Positions 1 through 13,744 are shown, counted from the first letter of the stretch. The stretch: DNA of 64,000 bases from Octopus bimaculoides (GCF_001194135.2 NC_068983.1:150066730-150130729), one strand, 5' to 3'. The notes: a model not told the origin generated them from the sequence alone. Numbers and translations are program-made.

Positions 1-589
1 TTTTATAAAAAATTACTAACAAGTATGCTTTCAAAATGTTTCACTCAAGATTTAATAAAGAAACATCAATAAAACTATGCTAGATTTATTGATCATTGCA
101 TAGGCAATTTATTTAGGCAAATAAAATTCTATATTAGTGCACAAGAAATATAATTATAAAAAAAAAAAAACAGAAACAAAAATTACTATGATCAAATGGC
201 CACCTAAGGTTTTAATTAACACAAAAAGAAAATTAAAACAACTGCCAATATATTTACTGTTTGCTCAATTTAAATGCAAAAATATTTTGTGCATGTTTGA
301 ATATATGCTAAAGTATACGAGCAAAACATTTGTTTTATGGCATTAAGTTGCATTTTGTTTGTCCTCTGGGAAGTATTAGCGACAAAAGGGAAAATACCAA
401 TTCTTATAACTTTCTTTAGAGAATAATCTCTTGGTATAGTCATAGTCTTCATGCTATAATGATTTGTGTTAATATATTTGTTCATAGCCATGTAAATTGA
501 TATACCCCAACCACTTTCAGATGAAAAATTTAAAAAGCATTACTATTATTTATTTATACTATGTAAAGAAATTTTTATTATGGCTAATA

Positions 590-1403
590 AAGGAGATACT
601 CTAGAGAGAAGAAATTAAGAGCTATCAAATTGCTGGACTAGATCATGAAAGTTATGAAAAGAGGTACACCTTGATTGATAAGAGTTATACTAGATGAGAT
701 GCGGTTTGGTTTCATGCCAAGGAAAAGTACAATGGATACTCTTCCTGATGAAGTAACTGCAGAAGTATTTGGCTAAAACTAAGCTGCATTCATCAATTTT
801 GAAAGATCACATAGCAAGGATCCCTTGCTCTGTGATCTGGTGGTCACTGAAGAAGATAGGAATATATGAATTTGTGTGAGCAATACAGCAATGAATTTAA
901 TGGGCTGGTAGGAGTTCATTAGGGTTTGATTCTCAATCCCTTCTCATTTATCATAGTCTTCCAGACTATAACAGGAGTTTAAGCCTGGTTGCTGATGGCC
1001 TTGTTTTTATAGCTGAATCTGTAGTAGAATTTATTAAAGAAGTTTTAGGTGTGGAAGCAGAACCTGGAATCAAAGGGCCTTAGGGTTAACTTAGCAAAGA
1101 CCAGAGTTTTAGGAAGCAAGAAAACACATAGAACTAAGCTTCTATCAAGGAAACGGCCATGCTCAATATGTAGCAAAAGGAGTACCCAATGCAAACTACA
1201 GAGACAACAAGGTATCAGAGGTAGGCCTACACAGAAAGTAAACATTGTATGTGGCAGATGACTAGGAGCAGTAAACACTAAAAGTGCACAGGAAATAAAC
1301 TTTCTCAAATGCCCAGATAAATCCCTGTAGGTAGTAGCTTCTATTGCTTAGGTAACCTAATTAACAGTGGAAGAGGATGTTTTGAAAGAACAGTTGCTAG
1401 AAC
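590..1403 (+). mobile_element. Degraded RTE-clade LINE, RT region
   Basis: EMRFGFMPRKST at 696, WKQNLESKGLRVNLAKTRVL in ORF 1049-1261, a degenerate PHD remnant (RPCSICSK...TQCKL...VCGR), then YCLGNLINSGRGC. Many stops and frameshifts. Confidence 0.85.
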
Positions 1404-4159
1404 TTCTGGCAGAGGATAGCCAATAAAAGTATGAGAATAAGTAGTGAGGTTAGATATCAGCATGTTAAGCCTCACATCAAAGATGACAAGAGTGGTGACA
1501 ATACTCAGACCTGCCCAACAGACTAGTATAAAAAAATAAACAAATGAATTAAATGAGTAAATAAGATAAATTAGGGTAGGGATAAATCTAAGTAAAATGT
1601 TTATCATGACAGGGGAAATTGGGGATAAGGCTGTATCTATTGACACAGTTTTTCATAGTAAAAGGCATATGTGTTTCATTAAACATGTTATTTACTTCAA
1701 AGAACATTAATGTTGCACTTTGTGAAAAGCGTCTCATTACATTTGGTAAAATCTTCTACCTTTAGCAGCATTGGCTTTACCTTAATGTCAAGAAATACTT
1801 TTGTTCTGTGAAACTACTGATATTCTATGAGTTTCAAACATGTCTTATAACTCATACCACTCTCGGATCTATCAACGCATTTCCTATCATTATAAGCTTG
1901 ACTAGATTCGGAAGAAAGATGTTTGGCTGATTGATAAACTTTCCTTAGCTGAAGCTCTTCAAGTTTTGCTTTGTTGAGTAAAGAAGGATCAATTAATTCC
2001 AAGATAAAAATAGATGAAATAAAAAGATACTGAACAAAAGAATGCAACATTAACTCTCTGAAGTGCAGGACTGATGTGCATGTAGTAGAAAAATTTAAAC
2101 TTTGCTCATAATTATTGTATTGTACTCCTGGACAAAGCATGTATCACAGTTTGTCAATTTAAAAATAAGTGTCATTGCTACTTAAAAAGAGAAAATATAA
2201 TTCAGCAATACATTCTTTCACTGCAACAATATACAAGGTATCCATAGCTGTAAACTAAGGTTATGCAGAAGACAGCTTTGGAAAATATTTACAAAACAGA
2301 ACCCATACACTTTCCATGTCAAATTTTCAATACTGTTAAGATTGATTTAAAGGCAGATAATGTATTGTTTATATCAGATTCAACAATTTAAAAAGTTCAT
2401 TGGATGATGCAGAGATAAAACAAAAATGGAAATCCATTTTTAATCAGAATAATACATAAAGCTGGAGTTCACTTCCAATTCTTGGTGTTAAGTAGATGAG
2501 ATATTAATAGAACACTGGTCTATCACAGGTAGTTTTTTTCCTATAATATGATTTGAATTCCAAGCTGCAAGTACCAATGAAATACTTTTCAATTTCAGTT
2601 CTGCTGCTTTTTATATTGCTGAATTACACCAATTGTAGTATAAACTGAAAGATGCCGGGCTTTCAGAAGTAAGTTCTTTAATGCAGCGCTGGTGACAGGA
2701 CAAGAACAATCAACTCTTTAGTTAGCTTTCAGGTACCTTACAAACATGTTCATCGTGTTTCTTGTTGAATGGCATCATGAAAAACTTACTTGAAGAATAT
2801 TTATTAGGCCTTTTGTGAATAATCCATATCCTCAAAGAAATACAATTTTAATTATACATTTCCATTTCACTTGCACATGTAAAGGCTGCTATATAATTTA
2901 TGGTTTTTTAAAGTATATTCTGAAGAGGTAAAAATGGTAGCATGGTCAACAAGATGCCTTGAAATCTATTACCATCACTTTATTTCAGGAGTCTGAATCC
3001 CATATGTGCTGACTTTTACCACTTTGGTTTGATAAATACCAATTATGAACAAAGAAATACATTAAAACTTAGAACTCAAATTTGGTTGGATCTAGAAACT
3101 CTTCATTATTATTTTTTCTGCTGTCAACAAATGCAGCATGCAATAACTACAAGAATCTTCAAACAAGTTAATGTATATATATGTATGTGATGTGTAATGC
3201 ATGTATAATAATTGGGGTATCAAGTGATATTCAATAACTTGTTTTGTAAGAAAGAGATGCCAACCTTAATGACAACGAAATTCTTGCCACTTAAACATGT
3301 GTCAACATGAAAAATGGATTATTTATCTTATTTAACAATTACTCCTTCTTCGTTATCTCAGCCTGCACTGCATATGCCCATAAAACCTTAGCATTAGTAA
3401 GCTATTGCCTAATGGCTTGGAAAATGATTGTATCATACAATATAGCCATAAGATTTGAAGTCTTCTAATTGACTGACTTTTAATACAAATATATATTAAG
3501 TGAAAGAAAATCTGGAGATTAAAAGTACCCTCAACCAGTCGTAGGTTCAGAGAAATTTTAGTTGCCACATATGAGAAAATAGGGGAGGGGGTGACAGAGA
3601 CTTCTATATCATTAAAAGCAAAATTCTGTCTGTCTGTGACCCCTGTATCTCAGTCTACATTTGCTCTACATAGACATATACTTTTTAGAAATCAAGATGA
3701 TCCTGAGATTGAAAATCTGCCCTTCATTTGGTTCTTGAATATCCAGCATTGGGATCTGATTTAAAAGCATTTGGGTTGCTATTTCTAGCAGGTAAAGCTT
3801 GGCTGATATTTGTCTGACGACATCAGAGATCAGGGTGGGAGATAAATAACATTTCTGTCATTAATTTTATGTTGAGATAAGAACCTTGGGACAAATTGGC
3901 TGACAGTTGGGATTCAACTTGAGACTGGAACAATAGAATGATTGCATTACAGAATTAATTCTCATCTGTCCTTAAACTCTGATCAAACACTGCTGGGGCA
4001 TATAATCATTATAGACATATTATAGTCATACTATTTAGCTCTGTTTAGTTTGTGGCTGCAGGCCAAATTATCCCTCTGTTGGGGCTAGCTTAAAAGTCCG
4101 CATGGAATGCAGCTTTTAAGCTAGTATAATATAAAGAAGAGTCTCTATGAAACAACTTG

Positions 4160-4720
4160 TTAAGGGGTACAGACCAAATCTGTGGCTGATGCATGGTTCC
4201 AAATAGGCAGAATGTAATATGGTAATGGAATAGTATTATAGAGCCACATAAGCTAACAAAGTATCATAAAAAGACGGAAGAAATGGAGCAGCTGATAAAA
4301 ATGTCAGGTTTACTTAGCAAGAGGGGGACAGAAAGTGAAAAGTGTGCAGTATTATTGGCAATATGATTATCAGAGACATAAGGTGTTTCATATTGCAAAG
4401 CAGAGTACTAGAGAAAACCGAGATGTTGTTAGAGAGACGTGTGCATGGACTGAGAGTGGTACACTTACATGTATCAACACTGAAAAGAGGCATGAAAGTG
4501 CTAATGTGTGTTACGCAGCACACTCTGTAAATTGGTTGGTGTTAAAAAGGGCATCCAGCCATAGAAACCATCCCAATAAAATGGAATGTATGAGCAGTGA
4601 GATGTGGTCTCCATATCATCTAAGAGCAGTAATTCCAAATAAGAACTGACTTGGACAGTAACAATTCATCCTACTCGTATTAGTATGGAAAGTGGAGAGA
4701 AAATGATGAAAATGATATAG
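4160..4720 (+). mobile_element. RTE LINE fragment: EN-RT linker region joined to an RTE-type 3' tail
   Basis: VFHIAKQSTRENRDVVRETC in ORF 4335-4649 resembles the RTE linker. It is followed by gggcatccagccatagaaacc...gtatggaaagtgga...atgatga, the same tail as the other RTE copies. Confidence 0.6.
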
Positions 4721-4904
4721 AGATTGTACTCAATAGTAGACAAATATCATATCAGTATTATGAAATACAATAAAAATCTACTGCAATTTTTCTAAATTTA
4801 ACATTTGATGATTATTCTCCATAAATTAACATTTCTTGTATAAGTCCAATGTGGGCCACGAACAAAGAAAACATGTGAAGCTAGAAAAAAAAATAAAACA
4901 TGCA

Positions 4905-5200
4905 GGCTCTTCTGGATGCATAATGTTGGTATACATGAACAAAGGAACTAAATGAGCTGAAAGAAAAACAGTACAAGAAGAATCAGTTGTAAGAGACTGC
5001 ACTAGCACAGACATATAATGCATACGGTGGATGAGAGATTAGTAAAGAAGTGCCAAACGGTCCAAGTAGAAGGAACATGTAGCAGTGACAAACTAAGGAA
5101 GAAAGGGGGAAAAAGTACTGAAGGCTAATCTCAAGATGACAGAAGAGCACAACAGGTGGAGAAATGCTGTACCAGAAGACCTGTTTAACTAATACAAAGA
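4905..5200 (+). mobile_element. Old RTE LINE C-terminal fragment
   Basis: Similar to the ORF ends of the copies at 41290-41860 and 55862-56200 (tggatg..aatg, agagactgcactagc, gtagaaggaacatgtag, gaagacc). Confidence 0.55.
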
Positions 5201-5272
5201 TTGTTTTGCTCCCATGATAATCTCAGTTGACTGTTATACAAGGGAGCATCAGTTAATTATAACATTACTTAC

Positions 5273-5332
5273 CTGCCTAATATCTCTAACAATTCTCCAA
5301 CTCCATTAAATTGTTCTGTTTCATAGATAAAC
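5273..5332 (-). CDS. PPP2R5E: PP2A B56 internal exon (60 nt, phase 2/2): (R)FIYETEQFNGVGELLEILG(S)
   Basis: Minus strand reads TGTTTCAG|GTTTATC...GGCAG|GTAAGT. Completes the AG|G Arg codon split from the previous exon. Confidence 0.97.
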
Positions 5333-6143
5333 CTGAAACACACAAATTACAAGGTGATAAATAAAATATAATTCAATAAATATTTAAACACTTAAGCAAC
5401 TCTTTTTTTACTTAAAAGAGTTAGCCAAAATAGAAATAAATTATTGATTTCAAATTTAACAATTAACTTGGTGATTAACAGTGGTATTTGAACATCTGGG
5501 TTCAGAACCCAGCAGAGAGTTAAATGACAGATTTGATTTAAGAAGTAAACAGAACAATAAATACTTCATGAAATATTTTCTGTATCATTTTCTCTAGCAT
5601 CTTGCAAATGATTGATCAGATAAAAAGAAAAAGAAAACCAAACTAATAAGACAAATTATTAATTCAGAAATTGTGAAGATAGATTTTTGCTATCCAAGAA
5701 GTTATTAGCTACTTACAATGCTGTCATATAAATCAACTATTATTGTAAATATTATCCATTTAATTAGAGCACAATCTTAGAGATTCAAAATCAATGACTT
5801 AAAAGTAAGCTGCAATGATAGAGGTTTTAAAAATTCTAGGAAAACTATTTTATTTTTAGAAAATGAAGTGGAAGTCTAATATATTAGAGGTGAGTTGACA
5901 AACTTTGATCAATTGAAATTACCTAAGAAAAATTTCCTCCAGGATTGATTAACATCTGAAAACAACTAGAGGAGATAACTACAATATGTTTTTCAGGAGC
6001 GGGGAGGGAAGATATATAGACAATGCAAGCCATAGTGGATCTGGTGCTTAAAGCCAGCAAGTGTGAGCAGTGGATATGTTTTGATCTTACTAGACCTTCT
6101 CAACAAAGTATATTTGACTCAGATTTCAAAAACAAAAAGTGGA

Positions 6144-6158
6144 GTGTGTGTGTGTGTG

Positions 6159-6190
<32 letters not shown>
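6144..6190. repeat. (GT)n(GC)4(AC)n compound microsatellite; perfect 36-bp palindrome 6144-6179
   Basis: Read directly from the sequence. Confidence 0.95.
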
Positions 6191-6697
6191 TAAGAGTGGG
6201 GCAGGGAGAGAGAAATAAAGGGAATGTACTGGCACTGATTATAAATATCAACAGTATAGATAAAGGAAAATATTGTAAGAGAGCATTTTGCATAATGAAT
6301 ACAAATACTGTAGGGTCTCACCTATGTAATATAATGAGTTACAAAAAAATTTGATTAACTGAGATTATCTAAGCAATTAATAGACAAAAACTCTCTAGGT
6401 GCTTAAAAATCTAAAACCAATAAGATAACTCTATAACATCAGTTGATTGAACAATATAAACAATTCAGATTTCTGATTACAACAGGTGGCTTTAAAAATC
6501 AGACCCAATCTGATCTGCATCATCTACATTGTCCAAAAATTTCAATCAACTGATCTTATTTTTACAGAAAACTTTTTTGTTTGGATTATATCAATTTTTT
6601 CCAACTTGCCACACTAATTATAAGAGATCTTTATATTTAATATATTGTTGATAATTTTTTTCATACAGTTCTATATTTAAGAGATGCGGAATTATGT

Positions 6698-7007
6698 ACA
6701 TTATTTACATTTGACAGATATTTGTCCTCATCTTGTTTGTTGTTAACATGTTTCGGCTGATGTACCCTCCAGCCTTCATCGGGTGTTTGGAGAAATTTCA
6801 AACCTGGGTTCTCATTCCTAAGGTATTTTTCGATATTATTATTATTATTATTCAGGTCACTGCCTGGAATTGAACTCGGAATCTTGGGGTTAGTAGCCTG
6901 CACTCTTAACCATTACACCCTATGAAGACTGGAGGGTATATTAGCCAAAATGTTGTGTTAACAACAAACACGATGAGGACAAAATATCCATGACATGTAA
7001 ATAATGT
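6698..7007 (-). mobile_element. tRNA-derived SINE-like element with Penelope-type tail, plus an inverted second copy of the tail
   Basis: Minus-strand head GGTGTAATGGTTAAG...GAGTTCAATTCC (A/B boxes, 6853-6920), then (AAT)n, then tail gatgaaggctggagggtacatcagccgaaac. 6922-7007 is the reverse complement of 6698-6779. Confidence 0.7.
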
Positions 7008-7567
7008 GAATTTTTTTCATGTTTAAAAGCTTGTTTTTCTTGTCCATAGTTCTTCAGATAATACAAGCAAAAATATTCTAGAACTATAAATCAGCCAACT
7101 GTAACAATCATGCTAATGTCTATTTATCAAAGTAATGAGTAGATTGGAAAATGACCACTGCTTCACAGAACTGAGTAACAATAAATAAGAATATATGTAA
7201 GCAACATTTATTCAAATTTTTAAAATCTTGAAAAGTTTAATCAAATACTTTTAACTGAAAAAAATTAATAAGTTATGTAAACCTTTTTTTTTTTTTTTTT
7301 TGATAAACCTTAGCATCAGAACAAAGAATTGATATAATTTGTTGTAATGAGTTACTATTTTAAATAAAGTATAAGATACACTTCTTTAAAGAACTTCCCA
7401 TGATATAATTTCTCAATATGAAGCAGTTATCTTCAAGAGAAACCTCAACAAATTCAGTCCTCTATTGTAAAGAGCTGATTAAAAAAATTAACAACACTAA
7501 ACAATCTCTGAACTTCATCCAGCTTTCAGTTTCTTTTCTCAAAACACTCGTCATCATGACAATATTT

Positions 7568-7598
<31 letters not shown>

Positions 7599-7600
7599 CA

Positions 7601-7827
7601 GGCGAGCTGGCAGAATCGTAAGCATGCTGAGCAAAATGCTAAGTGGCATTTCGCCTGTCTTTACGTTTCGAATTCTGCTAAGGCTGACTTTGCTTTTCAT
7701 CCTTCTAAAGTCAATAGATAAGTACCAGTCGAGCACTGGGGTCAATGTAATCGACTTAATCCCTTCCCACAAATTTGCGGCCTTGTGCTGCCAGTAGAAA
7801 ATATTATTATTATTATTATTATTATCA
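7601..7827 (+). mobile_element. tRNA-derived SINE family A (Meta-domain-like core), flanked by (ATT)n
   Basis: ggcgagctggcagaatcg head, core gactttgcttttcatcct...ataagtaccag, ccttgtgc...gtagaaa tail. (ATT)n lies on both sides. Confidence 0.85.
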
Positions 7828-8047
7828 TTAACAAATCACATTTCTGATGTAGGAGAATATCTGTCTCATTAAATAAATTTCATAACATATAATATGGAAT
7901 ATAAATTACAAACATTTTGAAAGTTGCCATTCTATGGAATACCTATGACACTTGCCAAAGTTAGTGTTAAATGCAAAAAAAAATTTTTAATTGTTGAATA
8001 AAATTTTACATCTGCAATTGTTGAAAGGGTTTCATGAACTAATTCCT

Positions 8048-8271
8048 TTAACCCTTTAGCGTTCAGATTATTCTGTCAAATGTAACGCTTGCTTATTCAT
8101 ATTGTTTTGAATTAATCATGCATTATCTCGTAGCTTTGATATTTTGATGATGCGATTGTTTTCAGAATGATATTATAGGGTGGGTGTGAAAAGGTGGGTC
8201 TGGTTGGTTTGAACATAAAACAAGTAGAATATTTGGGCCATATATGGCCTGTTTAAATGCTAAAGGGTTAA
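8048..8271. mobile_element. piggyBac-type MITE (224 bp)
   Basis: TTAA-CCCTTTAGCGTT ... AATGCTAAAGGG-TTAA: TTAA at both ends, TIR 11/12. Confidence 0.85.
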
Positions 8272-9772
8272 GTCATTCTGGATCGTAATTTTCTATTTCC
8301 ATGATCAAGAGAAACAGTCATTCCATAAAGAATTATTGGAAAAGATTCAGATCTCAGATTACAACCACAGAACAATTATATGCAGAGTCAAAGTAAGACA
8401 AAGTCACACCCAGAGGCAGACAATACTTAGAATATTTCAGTATCAGTATTACTTCAAGATGAAATGTTAACCACTTATTTTCTTATTAATTACCTACAAG
8501 AAACCTCGTAAAATGTTTTTGAAACTTTAGCATGAATAACAACTATCTACTTCATGTTTTTCAGGTGAATAAGAAAACAACAGCCAGTGTGTACATACAG
8601 CAAACCAGAGTAGTATACAATAATACAAACATGTCTTATGATATTTTCGCACATACAATACAAGAACATAAATACATATTAAAACACATACATAATCCAT
8701 GTTTACACAATATGCTTAACACTAGTTCATTTACAATATTCATGCACATTAAATCTAAATGTGACTGTCCTTCAAAAATAAGGTCAGGTTATTTTCGATA
8801 ATAACATTGTGATAGTCCAACAACAATGCAAAATTGAAATGTTGAGAATATTAAAAAAAAACAAAAACATTATATCTATTTATCTTTTATATTCCACTTT
8901 AAATTTATCTAAGGTTATTGTAACTAGAATGTGTTGTCTAAGGTTGCAAAGTGATGTATAGTTAAAATTCAAGTATAACCACATACCACAGAAGTGAAAA
9001 TAGCAACTATAGTTTATGTGGACATGCTAAGATTAGAAAAATAAGATCCTTCATTCAGCGATTGAATAAATAATTGTAGCAGTGATTCACCAACTTCAAA
9101 GAAGTTCAAAGACAAAGCAAAAATTTTATTATTGATTCCAAGATAGACAGTTATCATACGTTTTAAATCTTTTCCCATCTATCTTAGGTTAATCGAGTTT
9201 GTTGATCAGCATATGATCTGCTATTCATAGGTTGGAAATTGTCAGAGGAATTTAGATGATAATTTTATAAATGTAAGATGTCTAAATCATTTTAAAGAAA
9301 TCTGTCAAAGATACATGAATAATATTTTATGTTATTTATAAATGAAGGCATATCTGTTTAGGACATCTCCATATGCCCCAATTAATGCAGCTGTAGGAAA
9401 TGATATCCTATGAATGTTAACTGTAATAGATTTGTATCCTATGCAAGAATAGCATCACCTGTCCTTCATTTAATGATAACAAATCCAGAAATAAGACAGC
9501 ATCTAATTTCAGCCCTCAACATTTTCAGTTTAAATTCTTCTAAAGTCTGCTTAAGTTTACATCACTGAAAATATTATATGGAAATCTATTAAATCAAATA
9601 TACTCTTTTATATAAGATTCACATTTTTGTCTAATGGAAAACAAAACAAAACAAAAAAAAAAGAGGAAAAAAAACATAAATAAAAACAAGATTATCTTCT
9701 CTTGCCAATCTAAATATCTAGATTTCTCATTCATCAAATACCTTTATTTTTAATATATATATATAGAGAGAG

Positions 9773-9915
9773 NNNNNNNNNNNNNNNNNNNNNNNNNNNN
9801 NNNNNNNNNNNNNNNNNNNNNNNNNNNNNNNNNNNNNNNNNNNNNNNNNNNNNNNNNNNNNNNNNNNNNNNNNNNNNNNNNNNNNNNNNNNNNNNNNNNN
9901 NNNNNNNNNNNNNNN
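9773..9915. other. Assembly gap (N)
   Basis: N run between (TA)n(GA)n and (GA)n. Confidence 0.99.
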
Positions 9916-10099
9916 AGAGGGGGGGAGAGAGAGGGAGAGAGAGTTGCATGCATTTATATAATATGTACAGATGAGTGATAGTAGGTACTTGGTAGTTTGA
10001 GTTAATAATCCACATCACAAAATTCCAACCCAACACCATCTCCTGATCCAGAGGTGCCTTTAACAGAATTTGTTCTATTGGAGCAGGCTTTCAGTAACC

Positions 10100-11710
10100 T
10101 CAACTTTCCTATATCCCCAAAACTAATCCTTCATCTTCTCTAACATTTATGGACTCCAAACTAGAACTATACAGCACAACTTACCCTCATGCAGACCACA
10201 AATTTGCCAATTTTTATCTACAGTCCACTCTTTACTCAAACTTCACTTTGAAAAAGTGGTGTCTGCTCATATGTAGACTCCACAGTACCCTTCACTCTAT
10301 TCTCTCATCTGGATATCAACAACAGACTTTCACATACTCTGGTTCAAAAATCTCCCTCTGTCACAACACCAAATACTTCCACTATCACTCCTCAAACTAC
10401 CATCAATTTTGTCTATGCCCCTTCTAGCAACATCTATTTCACTTCACTTTCCTCCAAAATCATTATTCACTGTGACTTCAACGCTCACAACTCTTCTTGA
10501 CTCCCACACGCACCTTATATTATTACCACCAGAGTAGAGACTGAATCTTTTGCAATCCTCACAAACTCTCTACAAGTTTCACATGCTCTGAGTAAAAAAC
10601 ATACATCAAATCTCTATGACCTTTTTATTGTTCCCAAACCCAACATACTGTCTCTGCACCTAATCAGGCCTTCTAATCACTGCCTTAACAGACAACACAT
10701 ACCAAAAGGGTCTTGGCCAACTTTCTAGATAGAAAAAATTTCAACATTTGAATATCATGGTGAAACTGACCATCTATGGGCTCCATCCCTTTCTCGTCTT
10801 TTGATTTGTTGGCTTCCTGCCAGCTTGCACTATTGCAGTATCCAGTGATAGAACTCTCTATGGGCCATACTATCAACTTAGGTGTATCACAAGGTTCACT
10901 CTTGTCTTCATACACTCTTTCTCCAATACATCATCAACCTACTTGCAATCATTAATATCCACTCCTACACAGCTGATACCCCCTTAACTTTCATATTAAA
11001 GTGTCATCCACATGCAACCAAGACAACTCACATCAAATCTCCACTGATTCCATAACCAGAGACAGTAAAAAACACTCTCCTTCAATGTGGACATGCCAAT
11101 CTTGTCTCCTTCAAATACAAAAAGCAAGTGCAATCACTATACATATCAAGAAAGCATTACTGTGCCTCCAGGCCATCAAACAAGAATTGCATGCAAACTG
11201 AATCCTCAATTTCACTTTGAATGCCATACACCTCACCATCACTGATAATCCCTCCTCATGAACACGCATCCTCGTATAGCAAAGACAGAATCAGAAAAAC
11301 TAACCCACTTCTTCAAAGCCCAACAACTATTAGCTCTCTACAAAGTTCAGGGAGGGCTACAATAGAGTACTGCTCATGCATTTTGGACTGTGGTACTGCT
11401 CCAAACACAGGCATCATAAATTACATCAAAAGAAAGGTATGAAGTTGCTCATCAACTCTAATATCTAGTTCATAAATGTCTTTTCTCTCTATTCCCTAGG
11501 GCTGACTAGTTTTGTGCTACTCCCACTCAAGCACTCCTAACTAATGTTTCTCCTCCTCTCATACCCCATAATAAGTCCCTACTTCAGTCATGTACTAATC
11601 ATTACACCAAGTCCTTCCTACCCAGAACACTGAACCTCTGGAGTTTTCTCTATGCAGTTAATGACTTGTAATTATTCAAGCAGAATGCTAATGACATTGA
11701 TCTAACTGAT
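10100..11710 (+). mobile_element. Highly degraded CR1/Jockey-group LINE (APE endonuclease plus RT remnants)
   Basis: IIIHCDFNAHN at 10459 (compare GDFNAH), INLGVSQGSLLS at 10872 (compare GVPQGSVLSP), TIEYCSCILD (compare TMEYCSHIW), and terminal SFLPRTLNLW. Confidence 0.7.
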
Positions 11711-13589
11711 CTTGAAGAAACTTCACTGCCTTCTCCAGATACAAAAAAACAAAAACAAAAAAAAAACCTCTTTGCTGGATGTATCAAATTTCATTTATAC
11801 CTTATACATAAAAAAATTTGCTGTCATCAATCATTTGGAGAAAGAGGAGTTCTGTGAAGTTGGATTTTCAATTACATAGAATTGTCAAAGATGCCTGAAT
11901 AATTAAATAGGTTATAGGACATATCCCGTTTAAAGATAGTCATGAAATATGTAGTGTTTGCATCATGTGCTCTGTATGAAAAGACAGATGTCACAAGTTG
12001 TTAGTAGAGCAACAAATGGAATGTGGAGATTATTCATACATTAGTAAAGCTTAATAGTGAAATACAGATTAAGGGTAGTTGCATACCCAGTAAAAATAAA
12101 ATTTCCACCAAGGAAGTAAAAGCTCTACTATAATGATTCACACAATTACACAAATTGGCAGAATCCACCAACCATGTATAGATGTAAAACATCATTAAGA
12201 GTTTTACATTAATAAGCATCAGTCGTATGAGCATGCTAACCAGCAAAGATGCCCTTCTTCATCATCTTGTTAGAATAAATGCAAGAAATAAGACCTGTTT
12301 AATTGGTGAGTGCATGTAGCATATCTAAAATTGGAGAGAATTATAATGAACATTCACAATTCAGATCTAGAAGAAGAAAACAGATTTTAAAAATAAATGT
12401 TAGGAACAATACTCAAACACAATTTCATAAAAGTATTTTTGTTCTTGGTATTGTGTGAGTGTAAGAAATATGCAGTCTGAGAATGCACAAGTCACTAACA
12501 GATATCTAATAGACGGATGTGTGTGAGAGACACAGTGTGCCTGTGTTTATATATGCATATGTGTGCCTATATATGTATGAATGCATGTCTTAAAAATGAG
12601 GTGGAGGTGAGTTAGGATTTTCCTATAACCCAAAACTTTTGATACAGATTTCCTTTCCTTTAAGATCGTTTCCAATTTTAGATCAGGACCTTCCCACATC
12701 CAAACTTGGTCATAGTTAAGTAGAAAAAGTCAGCAATAGGAAGCAATGCTAATGGAATTTTAAAAGAAAGCAGATAGTATGAACAGAGTGAATTACAAAG
12801 TTACATTGATTACTTAGACATACATATGTAAACTGGCTGGTGCAGTAAAAAAAGTAACATGCTATATTCTACTCAAGCAGATAATAGGCTGCTGTTTATC
12901 ATAAAAATTACTGGAGCAGCTATCCTATAAACCTCTCCAGGTTGGGATTCCAGGTTAATTTTTCAATTTCACTACCTACTATCCTACACAACACTAAAGT
13001 GAGTAAGTCTGCAATAGAAAAGCAACTGAATTAATCATATTTAGTTTCTAGTATTAAATTTTAAATCTATTCAAAAAGGAAAAGATAGAAAATATAGACT
13101 TTTGATTATTTCTCTGCATTAACTTAATGACAGGAAGTTTAATCCATAGTAAAATTTGTGGTGTTTTATACATAATTTATACTCACACTGGTTTCTAGCC
13201 CTTAACCTGCATATGCACACATGGTGATTTAGAAGTCCCTTTAGCATTTAAATGATACATATGAAATTTTTATTTTATCATATAACAGTATTGTTTTTAT
13301 ATATTTTCAATACTATCTTTGCTATTTTGCTGTGAATATCATTTTCTAAAACAATATATATATAGGGCATATTTTAGAAAGTGCTATGATCGAAATATGA
13401 GAAAATATTCTCCTAAAAAATGGAATAATATATACATATCATAAGCATCACTCAGAATTGATGATGACCAGGTAGAATGTAACACGTTTTTGCAAATTGT
13501 TTTATAACCCAATGAAGTTACTAGCAGACATAGCCATGTCCTTCTAATCTTGACCCTGTAGAATGTCCAGGGTGTGACAGTTGGTGAGA

Positions 13590-13740
13590 GAGAGAGAGAG
13601 TTACACCAACAGTTGGTTGGTACTCATTTCAACTGAGTACACTGGAACAGCATGAAACAATATACTTTACTTAAGGGCACAATGTGTCACACAGCACGAG
13701 AATCAAAAGCCACATCCTTTTGATTATGTGCCCAAGACAT
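13590..13740 (-). mobile_element. CORE-type SINE fragment
   Basis: ggtactcatttcaactgagtacactgga...aagggcacaatg resembles the reverse complement of a CORE domain (recalled, not searched). Confidence 0.45.
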
Positions 13741-13744
13741 ATAA

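Noticed and set aside
1814-2140. ORF containing KLEELQLRK, reminiscent of the B56 C-terminal WKKLEDLELKR
   Set aside because: The intervening conserved coding region (IINGFALPLK, FWPK, YYWNNE, KEHWN) is not found between 2140 and 5273, and the rest of the ORF has no B56 similarity. Treated as chance unless RNA-seq shows a truncated isoform.
2790-2830. Possible micro-exon TTTGAG|...|GTAAGT on the minus strand
   Set aside because: 41 nt, not frame-preserving, and no similarity to the expected next exon.
3603-3790. Non-autonomous Helitron starting TCTATATCATTAAAAGC...(TGTC)n
   Set aside because: The 5' end is suggestive, but I could not find a 3' hairpin plus CTRR end or an A|T insertion site.
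6853-6920. tRNA gene
   Set aside because: A and B boxes are present, but the acceptor and anticodon stems do not pair and it runs into a repeat body. It is a SINE head.
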